A DNA stretch of 64,000 nt. Origin: Candidatus Nanoarchaeia archaeon (GTDB taxonomy: Archaea; Nanobdellota; Nanobdellia; SCGC-AAA011-G17; JACPNG01). Shown here in pieces: positions 29,092-36,896 of this stretch. The stretch spans positions 3,608 to 67,607 of the forward strand of contig JAQTMK010000004.1 in NCBI GenBank assembly GCA_028714375.1. Reading direction: 5' to 3'. A program made the position numbers and the translations under genes. Each line of letters starts with the position of its first letter. Position 1 is the first letter of the stretch. The notes under the pieces are model-generated. The model made no database searches, was not told where the DNA came from, and saw only the letters and a list, made by a program, of their open reading frames with translations.

Positions 29092-30492
29092 ATGGAAATT
29101 AAGTTATTTAACACAATGTCCAGAAAAAAGGAATTGTTCAAGCCTATCAAAAAAGACGAGGTTGGTTTTTACGGCTGCGGTCCTACTGTTTATAATTATG
29201 CCCATATAGGAAACTTAAGAAAATACATTTTAGATGACTTAATCAACAGAATGTTCAGGTATAATCATTTTAAAGTCAATTATGTGATGAACGTCACTGA
29301 TGTGGGGCATTTAAGTTCTGATGCTGACTCTGGTGAAGATAAGATAAAAAAACAGGCTGAAAAAGAAAAAAAATCTGCCTATGACATTGCAAGATTCTAT
29401 GAAGATAGATTCTTTGAAGACACTGCTAAATTAAACATCCTAAAACCCGACGTTACATGCAGAGCTACTGAACACATAAAAGAAATTATTAATTTAATTA
29501 AAAAAATTGAGAAGAATGGTTATACTTATTTATCTGGTGGTAATCTTTACTTTGATGTTTCTAAGTTTAAGGATTATGGAAAACTTGCCAGACTAAAAAT
29601 GGATGAACTGAAAGCTGGTGCAAGGATTGAGGTTGATAAAAACAAGAAAAATCCTTTTGATTTTGTTTTGTGGTTTACTGAATCAAAATTCAAAAATCAG
29701 GAAATGCTTTGGGAAAGTCCATGGGGCATTGGTTATCCTGGATGGCATATTGAATGTTCGGCAATGTCAATTGAATATTTAGGTAACCAATTTGATATTC
29801 ATACTGGCGGAATTGATCACATCAATGTCCATCATACAAATGAAATAGCACAGTCTGAAGCTGCTACAGGAAAAAAACCATGGGTTAAATGCTGGATTCA
29901 CAGTGAGTTTTTAGTTGCTGACAAAGGTAAGATGTCCAAGTCTTCAGGTGAATTTTTAACATTACAGATTTTAATCAATAAAGGATATGATCCTCTTGAC
30001 TACAGATATTTTTGTTTGAATACACATTATAGAAAACCTTTGATGTTCAGTTTTGAGGCTTTGGATTCTGCAAGAAATGCACGTGAAAGATTAAATAATA
30101 AAATCTTAGAGATAAGGAAGAATGTTGGTTATTCACACAAAACCAAAAATGATTACTCTATAAAATTCAAAGAATCTGTTAATGATGATTTGAATCTTCC
30201 AAAAGCTTTGGCGGTTTTATGGAAAGTTCTTGATGATCCTGAGTTGGGAGACAGGGAAAAATATGATTTAGTTATGGATTTTGATTCTGTTTTAGGATTA
30301 GGATTGGAAGACCTTGAAGAGAAAACTGTTGAACTTAACGAGAAGGATAAAAAATTAATATTAGAAAGAGAGACTGCCAGGAAGAACAAAGACTGGAAAA
30401 AAGCTGATGAAATAAGAAACATTTTTATCAAAAAGGGTTATATTCTGAAAGATACTCCCAAGGGTGTTAAGGTTGAAAAGAGTAATATTTAA
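29092..30492 (+). CDS. cysS: Cysteinyl-tRNA synthetase
   Basis: Class I signatures HIGN (YAHIGNLR) and KMSKS, plus the zinc-binding WHIECS. Confidence 0.95.
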   Translation: MEIKLFNTMSRKKELFKPIKKDEVGFYGCGPTVYNYAHIGNLRKYILDDLINRMFRYNHFKVNYVMNVTDVGHLSSDADSGEDKIKKQAEKEKKSAYDIARFYEDRFFEDTAKLNILKPDVTCRATEHIKEIINLIKKIEKNGYTYLSGGNLYFDVSKFKDYGKLARLKMDELKAGARIEVDKNKKNPFDFVLWFTESKFKNQEMLWESPWGIGYPGWHIECSAMSIEYLGNQFDIHTGGIDHINVHHTNEIAQSEAATGKKPWVKCWIHSEFLVADKGKMSKSSGEFLTLQILINKGYDPLDYRYFCLNTHYRKPLMFSFEALDSARNARERLNNKILEIRKNVGYSHKTKNDYSIKFKESVNDDLNLPKALAVLWKVLDDPELGDREKYDLVMDFDSVLGLGLEDLEEKTVELNEKDKKLILERETARKNKDWKKADEIRNIFIKKGYILKDTPKGVKVEKSNI

Positions 30493-30517
30493 AAAAAGAG
30501 ATTTGTTTCTAAAGTAA

Positions 30518-31222
30518 ATGAGATTCAAGGTAGCGCAATTAAATTTCTGGGGACTACCCTGGCCTTTTTCTGTCTGGAGGAAGACAAGACTTGAGGATTT
30601 GGTTGAATTTATACAAAAAAACGATGTTGATCTTATTAATTTAAATGAAGTTTGGCTTGGACAGGATATCTGCTATCTTAAGATGAAACTTAAAAATTAT
30701 CATTTTTCCCATAACAGATTTGACAACGTAAATGACTCTGGGCTTGTTACAATCTCAAAATATCCAGTAAAATTCAAAAGATTTATTCCATTTGACAAAA
30801 GTGAGATATTTTCTGGTAAAGGAATATTAATATCTGAGATGGAAGTAGACAAGAAAAAAATAAAAGTTGTTAATACACACTTTTTCCATTCAAGAAAACT
30901 GCATAGGTCACATATTGTAAAAAACCAGCTGGAAAGAGTAAAGAACTATCTGGATGAATTCCCAACAATAGTTGCAGGTGATTTTAACCTGAATTATGAT
31001 AAGGTTAAGTTTCCATTGTTTAAACTTATTTCAAAAGTCAGCATTCCTACCCTAAATAAGGATAACAGATATACCCATAAATTATTTAACGGTCTGTATT
31101 CTATTAACTTAAAATGTGATTTAATCTTTTCCAATTTTAAAACAAAGGTTTTGAGGAAAGAAGTTTACAGGAAGCCTCTTTTATCTGACCATTATTTGAT
31201 ACTAAGTGAAATTGTCATATAG
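30518..31222 (+). CDS. Endonuclease/exonuclease/phosphatase (EEP) family protein
   Basis: The N-terminus VAQLNFWG...NLNEVW, GDFN and SDHY near the C-terminus are the EEP catalytic motifs. Confidence 0.75.
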   Translation: MRFKVAQLNFWGLPWPFSVWRKTRLEDLVEFIQKNDVDLINLNEVWLGQDICYLKMKLKNYHFSHNRFDNVNDSGLVTISKYPVKFKRFIPFDKSEIFSGKGILISEMEVDKKKIKVVNTHFFHSRKLHRSHIVKNQLERVKNYLDEFPTIVAGDFNLNYDKVKFPLFKLISKVSIPTLNKDNRYTHKLFNGLYSINLKCDLIFSNFKTKVLRKEVYRKPLLSDHYLILSEIVI

Positions 31223-31227
31223 ATAGG

Positions 31228-31352
31228 TTTAAATATTAATTTCATTGATTTTTAACTGTAATTTTAATGTAAATTTAGAGGTGATTTCCTTTAGTTAGTT
31301 CTGTGTTTTGAATTCTAAAGCTAAGGGAAAACCTCGGAAAGTGAGAAAAATT
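31228..31352 (+). promoter_or_regulatory. TATA plus leader carrying the 'GAGGTG..TTTC..TTAGTTAG ... CGGAAAG' core (copy D)
   Basis: 'ttagttag' at 31291-31298 lies 62 nt before the ATG at 31353. It aligns with leader B (45371-45425). The ORF-track TTG start at 31308 lies inside this leader. Confidence 0.45.
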
Positions 31353-31757
31353 ATGAAAAAAGGAACTATTCGATTAACCTTACTCTACATTGGTTCATTT
31401 TTTACTTTTCCAATCATGTATTTTCTGATGTGGTTTTCATTTCTTTTGATTCTCAAGATGGAGATAATCAATATACATTCTGGAGAGATTACCCTACAAT
31501 TAACATTAGCCTGCTGGATGTTTCTTGGAGTAATAATACTCTTTTGGCTCTCAGAGCTTGGAACCAATTTGAGAAGTAAGATTGAGTTTAATGAGGATTA
31601 TGATACACTTATCTCTAAGCTTAAACTTAAGATAGATACTTACTTTTGGGTTTGGGCATTTGGTGCAGTTGGGATGCTCTTTCTTTACTATACCATGTTC
31701 TTTACAGATCTGTGGAAATCTATCTTAAGTATCCTAAAAAATTGTTTTTCAGTTTAA
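31353..31757 (+). CDS. Membrane protein (4 TM), first gene of a four-gene membrane operon
   Basis: Hydrophobic helices throughout. The ATG at 31353 (MKKGTIRL) is preferred over the TTG at 31308. Confidence 0.55.
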   Translation: MKKGTIRLTLLYIGSFFTFPIMYFLMWFSFLLILKMEIINIHSGEITLQLTLACWMFLGVIILFWLSELGTNLRSKIEFNEDYDTLISKLKLKIDTYFWVWAFGAVGMLFLYYTMFFTDLWKSILSILKNCFSV

Positions 31758-31767
31758 GGAGGAAAAG

Positions 31768-32490
31768 ATGGATACTCAAAGGAGTGTGTATTTGATAGCT
31801 ATCTGCATGAGTTTAGTGGCAGTTTTTTTCTGGATTTCAAAAATGGTTTTTACTCCAAAAAAGAAAGTTAACTCTTCTCTTTTTAATTGGAGGAGAAAAC
31901 TCAAATGGCTAATCTTTTATATTCAATACCTTATATCCAAAAGGAAGGACCTGGTTTATTGTCAGGATGATACTGTCCAATCTTCTAAACTATCAAAAAA
32001 GTGTGAGACCGGACTTTTAAAGATTCTTGAACTAAACCATAGTAATGGTGGGCTTAAGTTTAAACTTAAGATTATAGAAGATGAGGGAGAAAATATCCAT
32101 GGCCTTTATGAATTTGAAATCAAGAATAAGAATGTTGCTAAAAAATTCAGGAAGAGATTGGGTGAGAAAGAGAAAAACAAAGACGTAGATGAAAGAAATA
32201 GTAAATATGAGGGAGAAGATTTTCTTGGAATTTTTGAAGTAAAAGAAAGAAAAAGAGCTGTGTTGATTGGTTTGATGTTTCTTCCGAAATTAGAAGGTAA
32301 AGATATCAAAAGTATACTCTTTTTTGGTGGAGCACTTTTCGGAATGGTTTCAGGAATTGGAATGTGTGTGTTCCAAAAAATGTGGGCAGCCTTTTTGATA
32401 GGTTGGGTAGCTGGGATTATTGCAATGGTTGTTGCGGTAGTCCTTAATCAAAAAACAATTAAAAAAGAGAATGAAAGGAGAAAAAGATGA
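31768..32490 (+). CDS. Membrane protein: N-terminal TM, charged soluble middle domain, two C-terminal TMs
   Basis: GGAGG Shine-Dalgarno upstream. No family recognised. Confidence 0.55.
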   Translation: MDTQRSVYLIAICMSLVAVFFWISKMVFTPKKKVNSSLFNWRRKLKWLIFYIQYLISKRKDLVYCQDDTVQSSKLSKKCETGLLKILELNHSNGGLKFKLKIIEDEGENIHGLYEFEIKNKNVAKKFRKRLGEKEKNKDVDERNSKYEGEDFLGIFEVKERKRAVLIGLMFLPKLEGKDIKSILFFGGALFGMVSGIGMCVFQKMWAAFLIGWVAGIIAMVVAVVLNQKTIKKENERRKR

Positions 32491-32735
32491 AAGAAGAATT
32501 AAAGGATAAATTAATAGGCTGGTTGTCTCTGCTTTTAATTTTTGCAGCGATTGGATATTTTGTCAGTAAAGACAATAGTCTTTTTCAGAAGATTTGTATG
32601 GGAGTTAGTATTCCCTCACTAGCAATACTTGCATTCGACTGGTTTATGGTTGTGATGGTGGGAGATTATAAGAAATTAAAGAAACATCAACTTCAAACTA
32701 AGGAAAGGAGGAAAAATGAAAAAAATATTACTTAA
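32487..32735 (+). CDS. Small 2-TM membrane protein
   Basis: ATGA overlap with the upstream gene and two hydrophobic helices. Confidence 0.5.
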   Translation: MKEELKDKLIGWLSLLLIFAAIGYFVSKDNSLFQKICMGVSIPSLAILAFDWFMVVMVGDYKKLKKHQLQTKERRKNEKNIT

Positions 32736-32976
32736 AATTGCTCTTTGCCTATTAGCTTTTCTCTTGCCCATTGTTTCAGCGATTATTTGTAGTCAGTTAC
32801 CAATAGATTCGAATCGGATTGTTCTTGCTTTTGCTGCTTTCTTGATGCTTGGAATTTGGGGATTATCATTTCTGAGGATAAAACTGATTAAGATACTTCC
32901 TGAAGAACTTTTTGATGCTCTGCTTGGTTCAGCGGTTATTGGACTCCTTGCAGTAGGCGCATATTTAATCTTCTGA
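32716..32976 (+). CDS. Small 3-TM membrane protein
   Basis: 20-nt overlap with the upstream gene, an AGGAGG upstream, and a strong terminator downstream. Confidence 0.5.
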   Translation: MKKILLKIALCLLAFLLPIVSAIICSQLPIDSNRIVLAFAAFLMLGIWGLSFLRIKLIKILPEELFDALLGSAVIGLLAVGAYLIF

Positions 32977-32999
32977 AAAAAGCAAGATACTTATTTTAC

Positions 33000-33025
33000 A
33001 CCAGGATAGGTCCTGGTATTTTTTT
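33000..33025 (+). terminator. Hairpin 'accagga-tagg-tcctggt' plus T7
   Basis: A perfect 7-bp stem followed by 'attttttt', 24 nt after the operon's last stop. Confidence 0.65.
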
Positions 33026-33087
33026 GTCTTTATCATATATACATATATAACTGTAAACTTTTTATACTATAAAAGATAAATAATTGC

Positions 33088-33369
33088 ATGGATATGTTAG
33101 TTTATCAGGGAATGTTCGGTTTTTTTGGGGGTCTGGTGAGATCTCTTATAGGAATACTAAAATATCTTAAAACAAAAAAAGGAAAGAAAAGAATAGACTG
33201 GGTTTATCTTATATTAACACTAATTGCTTCTGCATTAATGGGAGCATTTTCTTCTATAATAATATCAGGAGACTACAGAGTCAGTTTAGCTTCAGGATAT
33301 TTAGGTATAGACATAATCGAAGATCTATTCAAGATAATATTAAAGAAACAACACTTATACAGAGAATAA
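33088..33369 (+). CDS. Small membrane protein, 93 aa, immediately upstream of rnj
   Basis: Two to three TM helices. Its stop is 1 nt before the rnj ATG. Confidence 0.5.
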   Translation: MDMLVYQGMFGFFGGLVRSLIGILKYLKTKKGKKRIDWVYLILTLIASALMGAFSSIIISGDYRVSLASGYLGIDIIEDLFKIILKKQHLYRE

Positions 33370-33370
33370 A

Positions 33371-34711
33371 ATGATTGAAATTTTTACCATTGGCGGATAT
33401 AATGAAGTCGGAAAAAACATGACTGCTATCCGTTACAATGATGAAGTTGTCATAGTTGACATGGGTTTTTTTCTTCCTAAATTAATTTCCTTTGAAGAAG
33501 AGGGCGGAGACAGAAGAAACTTAACTGAAAAAGGATTAATTAAACTCGGAGTTTTTCCTGATGACACTATCTTGAATTCTATAAAAAATAATGTTAAGGC
33601 AATTGTTCTTGGACACTGTCACTTGGACCATATTGGTGCTGTTCCTTTTTTAGCTCCAAAATATAACTGTTCGGTTTTTGGGACTCCTTACACTATTGAA
33701 GTTTTAAAAACCATGATGGATGATGACAAGATGAGGATAAAAAATCCTTTGGTTGCTATGAATCCCGGTGTTGTCAAGAAAGTTTCTGCACATATTGAAA
33801 TTGAACTTATTAATGTTACACATTCTACACCCCAGACTGCAATGGTTGCAATTCATACTCCTGAAGGCATTATAATTTATGCAAATGATTTTAAATTAGA
33901 CAGCCATCCTGTTATAGGAAAGAAACCTGATTTTGATCGTTTGAAAAAACTTGGTGATTCTGGTTTTGTTAAGGCTTTAATTTTAGATTCTCTTTATGCA
34001 GGTGATGATCGTAAGACTCCTAGTGAAAAAGTTGCACGTGAGATGCTTAAAGACGTAATGTTTGGAACTGAGAATACTGGTAATGCAATAATTGCTACTT
34101 CTTTTGCTTCACACATTGCACGTATAAAAAGCATGGTAGAGTTTGGAGAGAAGTTAGACAGAAAGGTTGTTATTCTTGGGCGTAGTATGATGAAGTATAT
34201 TGGTTCTGCTGAAAACCTTGGTATTGTTAATTTTAGCTCTAATTCTGAGATTGTGGGTTATGGTGATAAAGTAAAGAAAAAACTTACACACATACAGAAA
34301 GAAGGTAAGTCTAAGTATTTGATAATCTGTACTGGCGGACAGGGTGAGACTGGAGCTATTTTAACACGTATTGCAAATAACCAGTTACAGTTTAGGTTTG
34401 ATTATGAGGATCATGTTATTTTTTCCAATAAAACAATACCTGTTCCTGCAAATATTGAAGCACGTAAAAATCTTGAAAGAAATCTTAAGAACCAGAAGGT
34501 TAGAATCTTTAAGGACATACATGTTTCAGGACATGCTGGACGTGAAGATTTACGTGACTTGGTTAAAATGATTAAACCTTTGAACATAATTCCTGCTCAC
34601 GGTGATTCTGCTATGTTAAACCACATGATAGATTTAGCTGAAGAGATGGGTTATGTGAAAGGAAAGAATGTTCATTTTTGTTCTAATGGAAACAGAGTGT
34701 TTTTGAAATAA
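33371..34711 (+). CDS. rnj: RNase J (beta-CASP metallo-beta-lactamase ribonuclease)
   Basis: HCHLDHIG (HxHxDH), beta-CASP motifs, and a late HVSGHAGREDL. Confidence 0.9.
   Translation: MIEIFTIGGYNEVGKNMTAIRYNDEVVIVDMGFFLPKLISFEEEGGDRRNLTEKGLIKLGVFPDDTILNSIKNNVKAIVLGHCHLDHIGAVPFLAPKYNCSVFGTPYTIEVLKTMMDDDKMRIKNPLVAMNPGVVKKVSAHIEIELINVTHSTPQTAMVAIHTPEGIIIYANDFKLDSHPVIGKKPDFDRLKKLGDSGFVKALILDSLYAGDDRKTPSEKVAREMLKDVMFGTENTGNAIIATSFASHIARIKSMVEFGEKLDRKVVILGRSMMKYIGSAENLGIVNFSSNSEIVGYGDKVKKKLTHIQKEGKSKYLIICTGGQGETGAILTRIANNQLQFRFDYEDHVIFSNKTIPVPANIEARKNLERNLKNQKVRIFKDIHVSGHAGREDLRDLVKMIKPLNIIPAHGDSAMLNHMIDLAEEMGYVKGKNVHFCSNGNRVFLK
34679..34711 (+). repeat. Direct repeat copy 1 (last 10 codons plus stop of rnj)
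   Basis: 'tgttctaatggaaacagagtgtttttgaaataa' is identical to 35131..35163. Similarity extends upstream to 'gaatgtt' (34666) with a 7-nt indel. Confidence 0.9.
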
Positions 34712-34723
34712 AAATCTTATAAG

Positions 34724-35116
34724 ATGAAAAAATTAACAAGGCCTGAGGCTATAAAAATCGTTAAGGGATTTATTGATTCTATATTAGTTCATGAAGAATG
34801 GTATAAACAGATTTTAAAACATATCAAAGCCATAGTATTGTACGGATCTGTTGCTAAAGAAAAAAACCGGCCAGATTCAGACATAGATGTTTTAGTATTT
34901 GTTCCGTTAGCAATAGAAGAAAAATACACAAAAGGAGAATATTTCTATAATTATGACGGGTATGAGATAAATATGGTATTAAGATCAATAGAACGATTGA
35001 GAAAACTTGCTAAGGAAAATAACAATAAATTCCAAATAGAAGTGTTTAGACAGTCAGAAATAATAACCGAAACAGATGATGAGGTCAGAGTATTAATAAA
35101 AAAATTGGTTGGATAA
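34724..35116 (+). CDS. Nucleotidyltransferase-domain protein (MNT-like), cassette between the direct repeats
   Basis: LYGSVAKEKNRPDSDIDVLVFVP is the Pol-beta NTase GS..DxD signature. Confidence 0.8.
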   Translation: MKKLTRPEAIKIVKGFIDSILVHEEWYKQILKHIKAIVLYGSVAKEKNRPDSDIDVLVFVPLAIEEKYTKGEYFYNYDGYEINMVLRSIERLRKLAKENNNKFQIEVFRQSEIITETDDEVRVLIKKLVG

Positions 35117-35130
35117 GTTAAGGTGAATGT

Positions 35131-35163
35131 TGTTCTAATGGAAACAGAGTGTTTTTGAAATAA
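35131..35163 (+). repeat. Direct repeat copy 2 (non-coding duplicate of the rnj 3' end)
   Basis: Exact 33-nt match to 34679..34711. Confidence 0.9.
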
Positions 35164-35165
35164 TG

Positions 35166-35200
35166 TTTACTCTGGTTTATAGATATTTACTTTAGTTTAC
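35166..35200 (+). repeat. Four TTTAC/TTTAT motifs with exact 10-bp phasing
   Basis: 'taatgTTTAC tctggTTTAT agataTTTAC tttagTTTAC': the motif ends at 35170, 35180, 35190 and 35200, immediately after repeat copy 2. Confidence 0.7.
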
Positions 35201-35240
35201 ATATTTTTGAGTTGACTACAATCTGTAGTAGGCTTATTTT

Positions 35241-35771
35241 TTAGCTGTCCGATTTTTTCGGACAACTTAGGGTATTTGATTTTTTTTCAATTTGTTTAAT
35301 TTTTTCCCGTATTTTCTTGATTTCTTCAAGTTTTAAATTATTTTTGAATGCAATTATCTGGGGATTAAACTTCATTGCAATAGAAATCATCTCTTTGGCA
35401 GATTCTTTTGTTGCAGGATTGTTTTTAGTAGGAGTAATATAATATTGTTTGTCAATTCTTTCAACCTTGGCTTTTGAAAAAACAGAATGAAATTCTTTTT
35501 GATTAAAAAAATCTTTTAAAAGTATTGCTGCAGCAGAATGATTTTCACATTTTATCCCGCATTTGAAAAAGAGTGATAAAACATTGTTATACATGGAATA
35601 GTAGCTCTGAGTTACTGCACTCTCAAAATAATCATTATTAAAAGCCAGAATTGCAACTTCTCTGCATTCAATCCCTTTCTTCTCATAGGAAATTGCCATC
35701 TGTTCAGAACATTCAACAAGTTCTAGTTTCTCTTCTTCTTTTAGTTTATTTAAAAAATCCAAGCTTTTCAT
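35241..35771 (-). CDS. HEPN-domain protein
   Basis: All-helical, ~175 aa, with the A..DYFESAVTQSYYSMYN...ENHSAAAILL pattern. It overlaps the upstream NTase gene by 26 nt, a typical MNT/HEPN arrangement. Confidence 0.6.
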   Translation of the reverse strand: MKSLDFLNKLKEEEKLELVECSEQMAISYEKKGIECREVAILAFNNDYFESAVTQSYYSMYNNVLSLFFKCGIKCENHSAAAILLKDFFNQKEFHSVFSKAKVERIDKQYYITPTKNNPATKESAKEMISIAMKFNPQIIAFKNNLKLEEIKKIREKIKQIEKKSNTLSCPKKSDS

Positions 35772-36300
35772 AAAACCTTTCTCCTCCCTGGAGGATTATG
35801 TGGTTTTTTATGATTTCTTGGATTAATAAATCTTCTTTGTTAAATTCCCCAAATTTTACGCTAATCTTCTCATTAATATTATTAATCGTTTCTTTTACTT
35901 TTTTATCTATTGAATCTATATAGATATCTATATCACTGTCTTCTTTTGGATTGAATTTTGCATAACTTCCAAATAAAATAATCATTTGATTAGGATATTT
36001 TTGCGTTATTTCTTTGAATAATGGCTCCAGGGTATTGTATTTGCAAAGAAGTTTTGCAAGTTTGTAGTTTTCAGCGCTTAGAATGAAAGTTTTTGCAATA
36101 ATATTCTTTTTAATGAAATAAATATGATTTTTGCCTTCTTTATTATAATCTAAGATATTATACTGGCTTAATTCATTTAATATTAACTGTATTCTTGTAA
36201 GCGAGGTTTTTAGCTCTTTGGCTAGTTCTCTTCCGTGGAGATCTTTTTTTAACAAAGCGAGTAAAACTTCAAATTGATAATTGATTTTTATTTGTGTCAT
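35746..36300 (-). CDS. Winged-HTH plus nucleotidyltransferase (MNT-like) protein
   Basis: N-terminal wHTH (LHGRELAKELKTSLTRIQLILNELSQYNIL), then LFGSYAKFNPKEDSDIDIYI. A consensus 'aaaacctttaaatact' promoter lies ~25 nt upstream (leaderless). Confidence 0.75.
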   Translation of the reverse strand: MTQIKINYQFEVLLALLKKDLHGRELAKELKTSLTRIQLILNELSQYNILDYNKEGKNHIYFIKKNIIAKTFILSAENYKLAKLLCKYNTLEPLFKEITQKYPNQMIILFGSYAKFNPKEDSDIDIYIDSIDKKVKETINNINEKISVKFGEFNKEDLLIQEIIKNHIILQGGERFYEKLGFFK

Positions 36301-36346
36301 ATGAACTTTATAAAAGTCATTAGTATTTAAAGGTTTTGATAGGGTA

Positions 36347-36551
36347 GGTACAATTTGTACCCATCCTTTAGAATTGATTGGCGGAAATTTTCCGATTTTG
36401 GTATGATTTTCAGTTGGTTACATTTTGTAACCGGCTTGGTTTTTGAAATGATCTTTAACTGTACGATTTTATCGTATGGTTCAAATAGTCTCAGTTGTAA
36501 ACAAGGTGTTAACTACTGGTTTTAGTGTGTATTTTTACGGAAAATCTTCCG
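36347..36551. repeat. Array of five short inverted repeats with T-rich loops
   Basis: ggtacaa-t-ttgtacc (36347-36361), cggaaa-t-tttccg (36382-36394), ggttaca-ttt-tgtaacc (36416-36432), tacgat-ttt-atcgta (36462-36476) and cggaa-aatc-ttccg (36538-36551, followed by T6). Confidence 0.7.
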
Positions 36552-36556
36552 GTTTT

Positions 36557-36802
36557 TTAGAAGTAGAATTCTTTTACGTATTCAAAATTCATGCTGTTTA
36601 GCATCCCTGTTTCCAGATTATCCGGATATTCAGTATTCATTAAACTGTATGAGTATTCTGCTCTTAGTTCTCCTATGTTTCTGTAGTTTCCCTGTTTCAT
36701 TACTGTGTTTAGTTCTGGAATTGTTTCTTTATCATATTGTATTTGATTGAAAGAGATTCCTACAAGAAAAACTATCAGGATTATAGTTAGTATTTGTTTC
36801 AT
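36557..36802 (-). CDS. Small secreted or membrane-anchored protein, 81 aa
   Basis: N-terminal hydrophobic signal/anchor MKQILTIILIVFLVGISF. No family recognised. Confidence 0.45.
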   Translation of the reverse strand: MKQILTIILIVFLVGISFNQIQYDKETIPELNTVMKQGNYRNIGELRAEYSYSLMNTEYPDNLETGMLNSMNFEYVKEFYF

Positions 36803-36896
36803 TTTAAAGTTTTAATTTTTGGTTTTATTTAAAGGTTATGTTACGGAAGAGGGGAGTGAAAGAATTATATAACTAAAACATATTTTTAAGATAGAT

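Noticed and set aside
36301-36556. CRISPR-like array
   Set aside because: The palindromes differ in sequence and length (13-17 nt), the spacing is irregular beyond the first three, and there are no cas genes in the window.
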